A stretch of 52,090 nt of DNA, filler included, from Catajapyx aquilonaris (Eukaryota), in the NCBI GenBank assembly GCA_000934665.2. It is 3 parts of 3 records of this genome, joined end to end, with 100 filler letters (N's around TTAATTAATTAA, not from the genome) between each part and the next. Parts side by side here need not be neighbours in the genome. Positions count along the whole stretch, not along the records: positions 1 to 17,315 come from JYFJ02006985.1; positions 17,416 to 34,721 come from JYFJ02006986.1; 1 more part is not named here. One strand, written 5' to 3'. Both the position numbers and the translations under genes were made by a program. Shown piece after piece: positions 11,323 to 22,988 of the stretch; within the stretch, counting starts at the first letter, position 1; each line of letters starts with the position of its first letter. The notes under the pieces were generated by a model. That model saw only the letters and a list, made by a program, of their open reading frames with translations, was not told the origin of the DNA and ran no database searches.

Positions 11323-13567
11323 GAAGCCTGCGTGGATTATAAATGCATTAACTTACCAAAATCAAGATAGTTTCAGTTTAGTTAGTTTAAGTGGTTGAAT
11401 GGTGCAGGAGGTCTGATGACACGAAGATCGAATGGAATTCATACGAACATGATAGAGTCAACAACAGTAGAGTATACTTACTCTACTATACTCCTTATAC
11501 TACTCTACTTATACTCTACTGTTGTTGATAGAGTTATCGTATCTAAGACAAATTCAATAATATTTGATGGTTGCCAACAGCACAGTCATAATCGAGTCAC
11601 TCAACTGTTGACCTAAGGAGGATACCATGGAAACTGAATGAAATATAATAACAAGTTGAATGAATGAAATGTTTATTTAATAATAATGTAATGAAAATAA
11701 GGTGAAGCATATATTTATTTAAGCAGTTAGCGTACGTAATTCTGCATAAGGTGTAGAGATGATATTTACACAAAATAATATTCTAAATAATGTGTGACTA
11801 TTGTCACACATGGATTCCAGTTACACGCATCGCTGCTCACAATGAATTATTCACTTATAATTTTATTTCGGGGTTCTATTACGTCCTTGGGCTTTTTGTG
11901 TAGGGGATCGGGCACTGCAGCACGTCGGGCCGAATACGTGTTCAAAATATGAAGACTGTACTTGCAACGGGTTTTGAGATATGCTTGACAGAAAAATGTC
12001 CTCTGAACAACAACAACAACAAGGAAAATTTTCATTGTTGTTTTTGCACGAGGATCTTACTTATAGGGACTATCGTCCCTACAATACAAATGGGCATAAT
12101 TATGCACTTTACTAACAGCAAATCTAGCGATTTCGGTGGGAGGGGGGGGGGGATTATTCCACATGAACCAACTCAACTTAGAACCAGGTTGTGACAATAT
12201 ATAAACACTATGCACAATAACTTTTAGTAATTTTATCCATCCCATCCTCAGTCATAAATGTAATTGCAGGCATTCACTGCCACGATGGCAGTGAAGATAT
12301 TTCATGAAAGAAATATATCTTTGGACGATCCCATTGTCAAACTTCTACCGAAGAACAATACCTTTTACCTGTCTGACAGGTAAGAATGCCGTATTTCGGG
12401 GTAGTTCTGCTCGCATTAATTAGGCTTATTAATTACTGCTAATTAATGTCACTTTACATCTTTGCAGATTTCGCTCAGAATACATTTCTATGAAAGATTT
12501 ACTAAGCCATAGAACCTGCCTAAATAGCAACGACTGGAATCTTTTAACAGGCTACAATCTGGACAGGGACGAATACGTGTGGTATGATCATTTACTGCAC
12601 TAAAATATGCATATCTTAATGCGAGAGCCATAACTTTAACTTGTCCGACGTGATTCTCAGGAGAATTAGGTATCTTCCTGAATCGTGCTCTTTCCGAAGT
12701 AATTTCTTGTACAACAATGCAATGTATACATTGGCGGGTTGGGTTCTGGAGCAAATCACAGGACAAAAATGGGAAGACCTGGTAGGTGATCACATGTGGT
12801 CAACTCCACTCAAATATCAAAATGCAGGGATAGTTAGATAAAAGCGTCATTTGAACAGGTAAAACAAGAGCTTCTAAATCCCCTGAACATGACGGCAAGC
12901 ATGCTGATGGAGGACATGGTGGAAAAGTTCGATAATTTGACTGCCGCTACTCCTTACTTCTCTTTAAATGGTTCTCTTTAACACCAGTGGATGTGAACCT
13001 GACCTTGTAAGATAATGGTTCTGAAGATAAGTGCAACGTTCCCTTGTCTGTAACCAACATTGCCACGCAGGAGAGTCATCCCGGACTATCCAGCTGGAGG
13101 AATATTGTCAACTTCTTCAGACATGATAAAATGGATGCAATTTCACTTGGAGGAAGGGGAAGGACTAGTTGATGAAAATGTTCTGTCTGAACTGTACAAA
13201 CCAGTCCTTGGACTGGATTGGCACGTGAAATTACCAGACAAATCATTACATGAATTTTATTACGGATGCGGGCTTGGCTTCTTTAACGGAATGACAAACA
13301 GTAAGAATTTGACTGGATAAGGCAACGTAATTAATCTGGTAACACATATATTTTACAGGTTACAAACGAATAACGCACAGCGGTTATTGGAATCAATATA
13401 GCAGCCAAATGAGCTTATTTCCTCAACTGAAATTAGGGATAATTACCCTGACAAATGGACCTGGTGTGGGAAAATCAAGCGTCTTAAATGTCTACTTGCA
13501 TGATCTCATATTTGAGCGTCGAACGCTGATAATTACACCGGTCAATATGGAAGCCTTGCTTATGGTG

Positions 13568-13663
<96 letters not shown>
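13568..13663. repeat. (AAT)n microsatellite, intronic
   Basis: About 32 perfect units immediately after the donor-like G|GTGATA at 13564/13565. Confidence 0.95.
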
Positions 13664-13664
<1 letters not shown>

Positions 13665-14550
13665 AGTTCTGCTGGTGTTGGTGGTGGACATGATAATTCA
13701 TGGCAACTCTAAAGGACCCTTTTGGGGGAATTTTATGTGCAACATAAATAACTGGCTTTTTCCCTCCGAACATATGGGATAGTGCAAGGGATTCAAAAAT
13801 ATATAATTATACAGCATATTCGCAAAGTATGTAGTGTTGCTGACATCTTCTTTACATGATCCCTATCCTGATGGGAAAAAGTCTCTCTCGGGATGGTCGA
13901 ATTAAAAAACCAATGACATCAATCTTAAGGGGGTATGAGGTACACTCAATTAATTATCACAATATTGTGTAATAAGTCAGTTTACGTTATTTTTACAGGC
14001 ATTTTCATTCCCATTTTAAGTAGAGTTTATTACCTGCTGTATAGGGACAGTGAACTAGCGAAGGGAAATGAGGGCATTATGAGGGAAATGTGGGAGTGTT
14101 AATGATGATGCTCTAATTCCAGGCAATATCACGGTGACCTCCGAAAACGGTGCCCTCTTCGTCAAGAGTGGATTTTTAACAGCTCCTTCACTGGCGACTA
14201 GTGACGCTGACGTATTCAAGATGGACATCCCAAATAGCTTTATTGTGGCCGATTTTCAAGGAATTGGAAATGTAATGTACACATTCTCCGACGTGCAGCC
14301 CAACGGAACACGTAACACGCTGGAGGTTCAAATCCCGAACTACAGCACACTTCCTGGATTAATATTCAAAAGGGGTTTGCTTCTTTCGGATGGACCAACA
14401 AAACTGCGGAATAATACAGATTGCTAAAGCAAATTTTGTATGGGAGGTTAAATAAAGTGATGATGATGATTATCAGCACTATCTGTCCAAGTCACTTGAC
14501 TATCTAGTAGCTGAAGCCTTTCCAACTTATGCCCTACGTTGGCATTGACT

Positions 14551-14773
14551 TTATAATATTGATTGATATTAAGGAGGTTGGCCCTGCATTGCCTCGTCAA
14601 TCTCCAAGGATATAATAGGGAAGGAAGAAAACGGCTGAGGCCTATTATACGGAAGCGACCCCGGAATTATCATAGGAAGACCGTGGAAAACCACACAAAA
14701 CCACGGTCAGGATCGTCGGCCCCGGGATTCGAACTCAGGACCACCCGATTAGCAGTCGGATGCCTCCACCATG
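14551..14773 (-). mobile_element. tRNA-derived SINE (family B)
   Basis: TSD CGTTGGCATTGACT (14537-14550, 14774-14787), box B GAGTTCGAATCCC on the minus strand, and a body matching 36048-36324. Confidence 0.8.
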
Positions 14774-15714
14774 CGTTGGCATTGACTGTAGTATATTCGT
14801 AATAATAAGATGGACATAAATCGATTTGGGCTCCTGATTTCCCCAATGCATTTCCCTCATGTTTTACAACAAGGCTGAAACTTTTCTCTTCGATCTGACT
14901 TGAACATCACAAAAGACACGGCAAATTAAAGGGTCACTCCACTCAAATTACAAGTTGGGCTCTAAAAATCTGTCATAACATCCTGATTCCGAGGGCATAT
15001 GCAGTTTTCCCGAGAGGCGACCGGTAAGGGCAGGGCGAGCCGTCAAAATTCGGCAATTCGAATCTGTCGCAAAAGAGCAGCGCCTCTCCCGGGTCTGGGC
15101 AGAAATTGGGATAATCCTCAGCCACCTTTGGTGTACGCCGGTCGACGCCACGTCCTTGCCTTTGGTCCGTGCCACAGTCTTCATCCTGCATTCCTGCCAC
15201 CTCCCGACCAGACCCGAGGTTCAGGACTAAACCAGTTTGACAGGTACGGCGGCTTATTGAAAGTATTATGCACTTCGAGCCAAAAGCAATTTCAAATTTT
15301 TTTCGTGATGTACACACCATAAGGAGCATTTTGAGGGTTGGAGCTACCTCCAAAGATGTCTGTTAATTGTTGTACACCCCCGCAAAGTTTTATATGGCAT
15401 AAGTGAAAATCGCGTGTTATCTGAGTATTTGTTGGGCTACGGTGGTCATCCTGGTGTCATTTCCCATGTTTTCAGGGTCCAGAACTCAATTCTGGCAAAT
15501 TTCTGCAAATCTGCAAATCTGCAAATTCTGGCAGGTCGTTATAAGTGAAACCTGTCCATAACGGACCCTGAGTGTAACGGAAACCTGTCCATTCCGATTT
15601 TTTAAAGAACGGACATATGGACAAGGTCATGCAATCGCGGTATACTCCGTGTCGAATATAGCGGAAACATGTCCATAACGGACCCTGAGCGTAAAAATGT
15701 GACGAACGTTGCAG

Positions 15715-16243
15715 ATGGTGCAGGAAACGTAGATGCCAAAGAGAAAATTAAAGCACTGAAAACAGACACAAAAGCCCTGAGTGATTATGCTGCTGACTCT
15801 ACTTCATCTCCATTGGCAAAAGACTTCTCCTTGGATGCGGATCATTACACCGGAGAATATGGAAACCTTGTCTTTGGTAAGATAAGATGATTGTAAATGG
15901 AAACGATGATGATGATGGTGATGATGATGCATTAATTCCAGGCAATATGACGGTGACATACGAAAATGGTGGCCTCGTTGCCAATAGCACATTTTTCATT
16001 GCTCCTCTACTGGCGACTAGTGACGCAGACGTATTCCTGATGGACATACCGAATAGCTCTGTTGTGGCCGATTTTCTCATTTTCGAGACAGTACCGTTTG
16101 TATTCTCCGATCCGCAGCCCAACGGAACACGGAACACTCTGGAGATCCAAATGACCTTCAATAGACTATCGGACTTGCTTTTCAAAAGATGATTGAAACT
16201 TTCGGATGGACCAGTAAAACCGTGGAATAATACCGATTGCTGA
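15715..16243 (+). pseudogene. Diverged duplicate of the last two exons of the beta-lactamase-like gene
   Basis: Exons ~15715-15876 (...DADHYTGEYGNLVFG) and 15942-16243 (GNMTVTYENG...LLFKR*LKLSDGPVKPWNNTDC*). They parallel 13521-13564 and 14123-14427. The in-frame TGA at 16190-16192 aligns with Gly in the other copy. Confidence 0.8.
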
Positions 16244-16687
16244 AGAAACTGTGATAGGGAATTTAAATAGAGTGATGATGATGGTGGTGGTGATGATGAT
16301 GATGATGATAAATATGAAGACTTATTGAACAATAAATGCAGATCTATGGTATCCCAAATTTCCTTCAACCTTTATGAGTTAATTTTGATTATTGCGAGGC
16401 TCTTTGATACACTCACAGTCAGTGGATTACATTGCACTAATCATACTACCTTGGTACTGTCGTTCAATCGTTCCGAGTATTACTAACTGCGCATTAGTAA
16501 AATGAAAGAATATGAGTTGTGAAGAACCATTCAACACCTGAAGGAAGTTTAGAACGTGACTCACGAGACAATAGATACCAGGCATTTGTGCTGGGACGTT
16601 GCACTCCGCAGAGTATCCTATTCGTCATGTGTCTCATGACGAACTGAACAGCAGAACAGGTGCTCAACATGCAAGCAAGGTTATTAA

Positions 16688-17315
16688 TCTAATATATATA
16701 AAGCCCCAATCCGAGGAGGAGGAGGATGAAAAAGATTTCGCACTTCCCGATGTCGTAGAGACCTCGGACTTGCACCGTTGCCCTTCTAGCCTCCGATATA
16801 CCGATTCCAAAAATCCTCATAATCGCAAAATTCCCAGCCGTTTTGGAGATCGCCAAATTAAATGTAGACGCAAACCCGAGATCGCGAAATTAATGTATCC
16901 GCAAACTCCCCCGGATCACCGAGAACAATGGACCACCCACTCCCCTCCACCCGCTTGTCACTCAAACCAGGGCCCTGCTCAAACCCTCAGCTCAAACCAG
17001 CCGTTGGAATGATACGTCACAGATGGTCCCACCTGTCCTCCCAAGCGCTGTTTTGAACGATACGTCAGAGAGGGCACGTTCGGAAACTCCTCATCGCTAC
17101 CGGTGACGTCACTGATTTCTGTAACCTGATGGATTAGGCGGAATACGGGCATCGCGCCGGAGGCACGCAGGTGGGGCGCAGCCCCAAGGGGGGGTCCGGG
17201 GGGGCGGAGCCCCACCGGCTCGCAAAGCGAGTCTAATATATATAAAGCCCCAATCCGAGGAGGATATAGGATGGAAAAGATCTCCCACTTCCCGAGGTCG
17301 TACAGACCTCGGACT
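16688..17315 (+). mobile_element. Non-autonomous Helitron-like element, head-to-tail tandem (unit 16688-17231; second unit from 17232 to the contig end)
   Basis: A|TC 5' start (TCTAATATATATAAAGCCCCAATCCGAGGAGG), subterminal hairpin CTCGCAAAGCGAG followed by TCTA, and no TIR or TSD. Confidence 0.6.
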
Positions 17316-17415
17316 NNNNNNNNNNNNNNNNNNNNNNNNNNNNNNNNNNNNNNNNNNNNTTAATTAATTAANNNNNNNNNNNNNNNNNNNNNNNNNNNNN
17401 NNNNNNNNNNNNNNN
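17316..17415. other. Artificial contig spacer
   Basis: N44 + TTAATTAATTAA (stops in all six frames) + N44 = 100 bp. Confidence 0.97.
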
Positions 17416-18055
17416 GTGACCCCCAGCGGGGTCATCCATAGTGGCCTCACTTCCAGACATGTTCAGTAGTGTCCAAAGACCAATTGGGGCGAGTTTCATG
17501 TTTTATCAGTGTATTATCACCGAATGCAAGGCCCTTATTCATGTAAAGGTGTGCAACACATGTTCGATTTGGAAACTCCGCGATAGTGACCCCTGGCGAG
17601 GCCACCAGGGGTCACCCACCGTGACCCCGCGTCCAGATATGTTGAGATGTGTTCAAAGAACTGCCGCACCGAGTTTCACGTTTTTATCACCGAATGCAAG
17701 CTCCCAATTCACATGATCTTCGGAGAGATGTATGTTTGGTCCGTTAGACCTGACAACCCTGCGAGTGACCCACAGTGGGGTCAGTCATCGTGGCCCCACA
17801 TCCAGCCATGTTCAGAAGTGTCCAAAGACCAATTGTGGCGAGTTTCATGTTTTTGTCACCCAATACAAGGTCCTAAAAGGATGCTGCATCTGGTAGTTAT
17901 GGAAACCCTGCGAAATGGACCACCACCGGGGTGGGTCATCGTGGCTCCACGTCCAGATATGATCAGAAGTGTCCAAAGAACAAGTGTACCGAGTTTCATA
18001 CTTTTGTCACAAAATGCAAAGTTTGGGTCAAATTTGTCCCTTAGCACCTGGACTA
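17416..18055. repeat. ~170-bp tandem repeat, about 4 diverged units, probably internal or subterminal to a DNA transposon
   Basis: Units begin near 17416, 17587, 17765 and 17918, sharing CCAGA(C/T)ATGTTCAG..GTGTCCAAAGA..AA...CGAGTTTCA. The array ends at CACCTGGACTA, a possible TAG-type terminus. Confidence 0.8.
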
Positions 18056-18336
18056 TTATACTACGTTCTGGCATTATCACCTGTCCCCTGTCGAGGCATT
18101 TTGCAGCGGGTGCTCACCTGAGAGCGCCATGAGACATTTCGGAGGCCAGGATAAGTGGCGACCCTACCGGACTAGGCTGAACTTTATAGGTACGAAAGGG
18201 GAGGGCTACATTGGGGGGCCCAACCCACTTATCCTGGCCTCCGAAATGTCTCATGGCGCTCTCAGGTGAGCAACTTCTGCAAAACACGTCGGCAGAGGGT
18301 GGGTGGGAGTGACCAGACCTTACTTATATGACCGTG
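18056..18336. mobile_element. Internally deleted copy of the palindromic element at 35146-35516
   Basis: Shares GCTCACCTGAGAGCGCCATGAGACATTTCG and the terminus CTTACTTATATGACCGTG. Confidence 0.75.
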
Positions 18337-18380
18337 CTCGTAACCAAGGATTTATGTTGCATGGTGTCCTAGACCTATAG

Positions 18381-18731
18381 TTTTTATTTATTTATTTTAT
18401 TGACCCCGTGATACAACACTTGGTCGTTATAGGGGGGTGGCAGACCACCATACAGTTTTCTAATGGTATTTTACTTCGAACTCCGGTGCAAGGAATACTA
18501 GGAAATGGGGTAAGGGTTGGGGGTTTGGGGAGGGGACACATGTGCAGGTGCATTGTCCAGCGGTGGGCCAGGTGCAGTCCCCCAGGAGGTCAGGTTACCA
18601 AGACGCCTCCTTAGGCGCGGGTCACGACCCATTGACGCAAGCGAAAGGTTTGTTCACCGGTGGGGATTTGAAACCGGGACCTTTCGCATAGCAAGCTGAG
18701 ACGTTACCATCTCGGCCACCGTGCCTCCCCC
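18381..18731 (-). mobile_element. Full-length tRNA-derived SINE (family A)
   Basis: TSD TCCTAGACCTATAG (18367-18380, 18732-18745), box A TGGCCGAGATGG, box B GGTTTCAAATCC, and A-rich tail. Confidence 0.9.
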
Positions 18732-19363
18732 ATCCTAGACCTATAGATTTCAGTCCATACAGTCATTACAGGTTAACGCTAATATAGGAAAACATATTTC
18801 AAATCAACAAAAAAGCCCCTCCCAGGGATGGTAATTGTTTTGTAAGCATTAGTGATTGACTGATTATTATCATTGAAAGGGTTTCAGTGACCAATATTCA
18901 AATCCGAAAATATATTAGTCATACACCATGGCCATAGAGGGCAAGATGAAAAAATGAAAATGAAAACTGGAAGGTTCCTAACACTGGATGTTTTGAATGT
19001 CAAAAAATTGCAAAAATTCCACAAAATGAATGTCCATATTTTTGCATATAAGCAGGAAGCAAATAAGAAAAAACATAGTGTCATTTTTTCATCGAATATT
19101 TTTTGAAAACCATTTGCACTGAAGATTATTGCATCCCACGAAAAATATAAAGAGCACTTTTCATTATTTGTCTCCGTCATTAATGAATGAGTAATAATTC
19201 TAAATTTTATAAGCGATTCAGGTCAAATGAATAAAAAAGTTTTTCTCAATAATTTATGAGCAGGCCCTATCACTGATAATAATCATGAATGGATCTGCTT
19301 CAAAACTAAGATTTTTATCTACGACCTATAGTGATGCAATTTGAATGGAATGGAAATTATTCC

Positions 19364-22300
19364 TCACCTCTGCAGCTCATCGGTAGCAGTAGTATCCTGC
19401 AGCTCAATCTGTTGAGGTTCAGCAACCGCCACACGAAATTCCGACCAACTTGGAAGGTCACTGGACAACCATTCTTGTGGTGTTGCAGCAGATTGGGAAG
19501 CTTGGGTGATTCGGGAAAGTGATGAGTAGTAGGTCAAGAAGGAATGGATATCATTGACGATCTTGGCCACAGTAATTGTCATCAGGGAAAGCTAGCAACT
19601 TCACTCGTGGATCTAAAAAGGCTACAAGAGCTAAGTCTTCGTTGACAATCAATGCTGGCATTTGTGATGCCAATGTCAAAACGATTCACAAAGTTCTGGA
19701 CCTCATCATTGTAGTCCCTTGCTTTGTGCTCAGCACACAACATCAGGAGGCGGTGACTCAACAAGATGACTTGTGAAACGAGGATGTATCCTTTAGTATT
19801 TAATTGTGATGTGATACCTTCCAGGGGTGTCAACACCTCAACTATGCCCTTGATGGTTTTCCAGTCATTGCTACTGAAAGCAGGTAAATTGTGCATATGC
19901 ATCAAAAGACCTGTAACAATATTGATTGGGACTTCCAGCTCCATGAAGCGACGAAACATGGTCAAAGCTTGGGTCCAGCATAAGCCAGAGTCTTTGAACA
20001 GAGGCTTAAATTCATCACCCACATTCATCTGCAAAGAGTAAAATGTTGTTAGCTCTATGCAACAAAAAAGTTGATTGGTGGATGTTTGTGTGTCTGGACA
20101 ACATCTTTTTAAAATCACAGGGTAGCATGTTGCTGAAACTACACGAGTTCGGCCAAATTATAAGAGAGCCTATAAATCTGTAAGGTGATATTAGACTCGA
20201 GGTTCTTGTTCTTCCAATTAGTGTTTTTACAAGCATGTTTCCATATGGTTGACTGGCCTACTTTCATTTTATTCACCCTTGCAAGTGACAACCCAAGGCA
20301 GAAATATAGCAGAAAATTTTATCCCTGCTCATCATCACTTACCTGCGCAGAAAGAAGTTTTTCTCTTGCAACCTTATCCTTCTGGAAGACCATGCCAGCG
20401 AGATTCACTTTCTCCCTTACATCTTCCAGGCAAGCTTTCACAATCTTGTTGAGTGTCTGTGCATAGCAGGGTTGGTAATTCCACTTCAGGATATATGCCA
20501 TTGCACTCAATGTGTTCGGGTCATCACCCATTACCAAAACTGACACCTTCCGCTCCACTCCCCACTCCAGTGAGATTCTACGCATTGCTGCTGCCAAACT
20601 ACTGCATGTTCCATTCCTTTCTACCAAGGCACAGTCCAGCATAAATTACTCAAGCTCTATGTTTTCATTTAAAAAATGAGCAGTGAGGGCTACAAAAGCT
20701 TTACTCAGTGATGAAGGTCCAGGTTTCAGCAGTCAAGCAAATCTTGCTGGCAGTCTTGATTTTCTGACGGCCTTCCCTGACACTCATGTCATATTGGGTT
20801 TCAACTACCTCTTTGCTTGGAATTTTGTATGACGGGTTAACTATCCTTATGAATTCGGTAAAAGGTTTACTGTCCATAACAGAATATGACAGGTAGTTGG
20901 AGTACAACATTTTCGTCAGGGCACGATCGGATCGCTGTTTCTTTTGATTTCGCTTCTTTTTCTCAGGGGACTGGGCAGATTCAGGTTGAGGTTGAGGTAC
21001 AGTAAATGTGACTGGTTTTTGTGGAGATAATGGTCGTAATTATAACAATATGTGTTGCAGGTTCTGGCTTTTCGACTGCATCGGGTGCATGTGGGTCCGT
21101 GGAAATAGGGATGGCCATGCCAGTGTCAGCATCGTCAATTGCCGCAAAAAAGAGACCTAAAACCCCATCCCCGCCTGCCCGTTGGGTGGCATTTGGGGAA
21201 ACCAGGGAAAGGTTTCGGTGGACTTTGTGGATGTGCTTGCCGAGGTTGGTGCAGGAAGTGTTTCCACTGAACTCCTTTTTGCACAAATCACAGACCACAT
21301 TTCCTATGTGCTCCAAGCTATCTGATGGTGAGAAGTGGTCCCACACCTCATTAACGCACTTCTTTGTCTGTGGAAGTAATACACTTCATTACTGATATAT
21401 ATTTTACATTATTAGTCAACGTCTACAATATTAAAAATATGTCTGAAATGTCAATTTCCAAAACTTGGCGAACAATTTTTTTATTTTTTTATTTTTTTAT
21501 ATTTTACTTACCCCTTGATGGCCCCCTGTGGGCCTTTCGGGGGGTGGCAGACCACCATACAGTTTTCTATTTTCTTTAACTTCAATCTCCGTGCAAGGAA
21601 TACTAGGATATAGGGTAGGGAAAGGGATTGTTGGGGAGGGGACACTTGTGCAGCTGCATTGTCTAGGCTTTTGGGCCATGTGCAGTCCCCCAGGAGGTTA
21701 GGTTGCCAGACACCTCCTTGGTGCAGGTCAGAGACCCTCCCGACGCAGGTGAAAGGAAGTTCCCCAGGCGGGGATCGAACCTAGGGCCTTTCACTCAGCA
21801 AGCCGAGACGTTACCATCTCGGCCACCACACCTCCCCTTGGCGAACAATATGCTGCAAAGAAGACTTGTAATTTCCATTTTCAGCATTTCTTGCAGAAAA
21901 TAATAATCAGCCGCACAATTGGAGCTCAAAAAATTCTCCACCAATAAATTCAAGAATGCACAATATTTATCTTAGTGAAAACATTTGAGCTCAATCTAAT
22001 TTTTATACTGGATCTTCCACGCTCAGAATCACATGCAAATATTTACAATGAAAATATATCATCAGCATTTATTTCCATACTCATAAAAATGTAGGGCCTA
22101 ATGTTTTTGTCAGTATTCTAAAAATATGAAGCAAAGAAACAATGTAATTAGGGTATTTTTAAGAATGCAAGGTGCAATAATGGAAAATTTACACTGCTGT
22201 TTGCAACCAACCTGCAACTATACTCCAGCAGTTTCGTCCGGAAGAAAATAGAACCTCACTTTGCTCAGTCATGCTCAGGTGAGTTTGATTTTTTCAATTA

Positions 22301-22904
22301 TTGAGGTCTCAAGTTATCCACTCTTACCTTAAGGGGCTTTATGAAATCTGGCTTGGGCAGATCAGATGGACGCTTCCGCAAGCGCCTCCGTGGTGTTTAG
22401 TACCTTCCGTGATTGGTGGCATATTCTTCTTAATCACAAGAGACCCTTCACCTGAGGTTTCGGGTGGATTCACAGCTATAGTACCTGTAGCAGCTGCAGC
22501 ATGCAAAATCGCCAACTCCGCATCAGAAGGAACCAAGTCTGGAGCAGCATCAGTGTCCAAGTTTATTTGTGTTTCTTCTCATGTGTAGCCGGAGGTTTGA
22601 AATAGATGTCCGGTAGGACAAGTTTCTTCGGCACAGCTTGCACATGGCAATCCCCATGCTTGGGGCAGACATCTGTGAAGTGGCGCCACATATCACTAAA
22701 TCGCATGTCCATCCTGCGAGGTGGGGGCGGTATCTTCTTAGTAGCAAGTAAGTCTGCTGCAGAAGAGGTTGGAACTGTCAAAGTGACTCGGTTTCCTTGT
22801 TGGCCAGGAGAATCAGAAGGCGATTCAACCACGGCCAAGGACATCGCAACCTCGCCATATGAATCAGCCTTCACAAGAGGCTTGATGTCCACCCACGATC
22901 TCAC
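19364..22904 (-). pseudogene. Spliced hAT-transposase-derived ZBED-like gene with two BED zinc fingers; catalytic motifs altered; multiple frameshifts and stops
   Basis: BED1 SDMWRHF..CKLCRRNLSYRTSISNLRLH (~22580-22695) and BED2 VWDHF..CDLCKKEF..TNLGKHIHKVH (~21215-21350). hAT core segments: ICLTAETWT, VALTAHFL, PCYAQTLNKIV, LCWTQALTMFRRFMEL, FLDPRVK. Phase-0 intron 20342-20029 (CAG|GTAAGT...TTGCAG|ATG), donor at 22327, acceptor at ~21392. Confidence 0.8.
21477..21837 (-). mobile_element. Full-length tRNA-derived SINE (family A) in the ZBED intron
   Basis: TSD TTGGCGAACAAT (21465-21476, 21838-21849), box A TGGCCGAGATGG, box B GGTTCGATCCC. Confidence 0.9.
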
Positions 22905-22988
22905 AACTTTTTAAGGCGGAGTGGCTAAGGACTTGGCGGGTTTTTTTACGAGTCCGTTTTTGGATAGATCTCAATACTTTTTGTGCAG

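Larger units (their letters stand above)
5015..14427 (+). pseudogene. Spliced, secreted class C beta-lactamase/penicillin-binding-protein-like serine hydrolase, disrupted (pseudogene, or gene with assembly errors)
   Basis: GT-AG exons at 5015-5272, 12270-12379, 12468-12581, 12661-12781, 12859-13006, 13071-13300, 13359-13564 and 14123-14427. Motifs: hydrophobic N-terminus MKWLIPLRWAAIFLLPVVVNG, VPGLSLGIV, FGIGSLTK|AFTA (SxxK), DLLSHRT, FLYNN (YxN), PAGGILST, ITHSG (HxG), and C-terminal YTGQYGSLAYG|GNITV. Lesions: a frameshift giving TAA at 12979-12981, and an out-of-frame join at ~13517-13521. Confidence 0.8.

Noticed and set aside
10675..11342. Overlapping 90-167 aa ORFs
   Set aside because: No recognisable motifs, located in lactamase intron 1, and partly overlapping an interspersed repeat.
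13565..13773. Poly-Ile protein or transmembrane segment
   Set aside because: Read-through into an intronic (AAT)n microsatellite.
16190..16192. Selenocysteine codon
   Set aside because: It aligns with Gly, not Cys, in the paralogous exon, and no SECIS was recognised.
17416..18055. CRISPR-like array
   Set aside because: The units are ~170 bp and homologous along their whole length. There are no unique spacers and no cas genes, and the context is eukaryotic. The same applies to 22989-24040.
21765..21837. tRNA gene
   Set aside because: The A/B boxes are the head of a SINE with body, tail and TSD. The same holds for the other tRNA-like heads.
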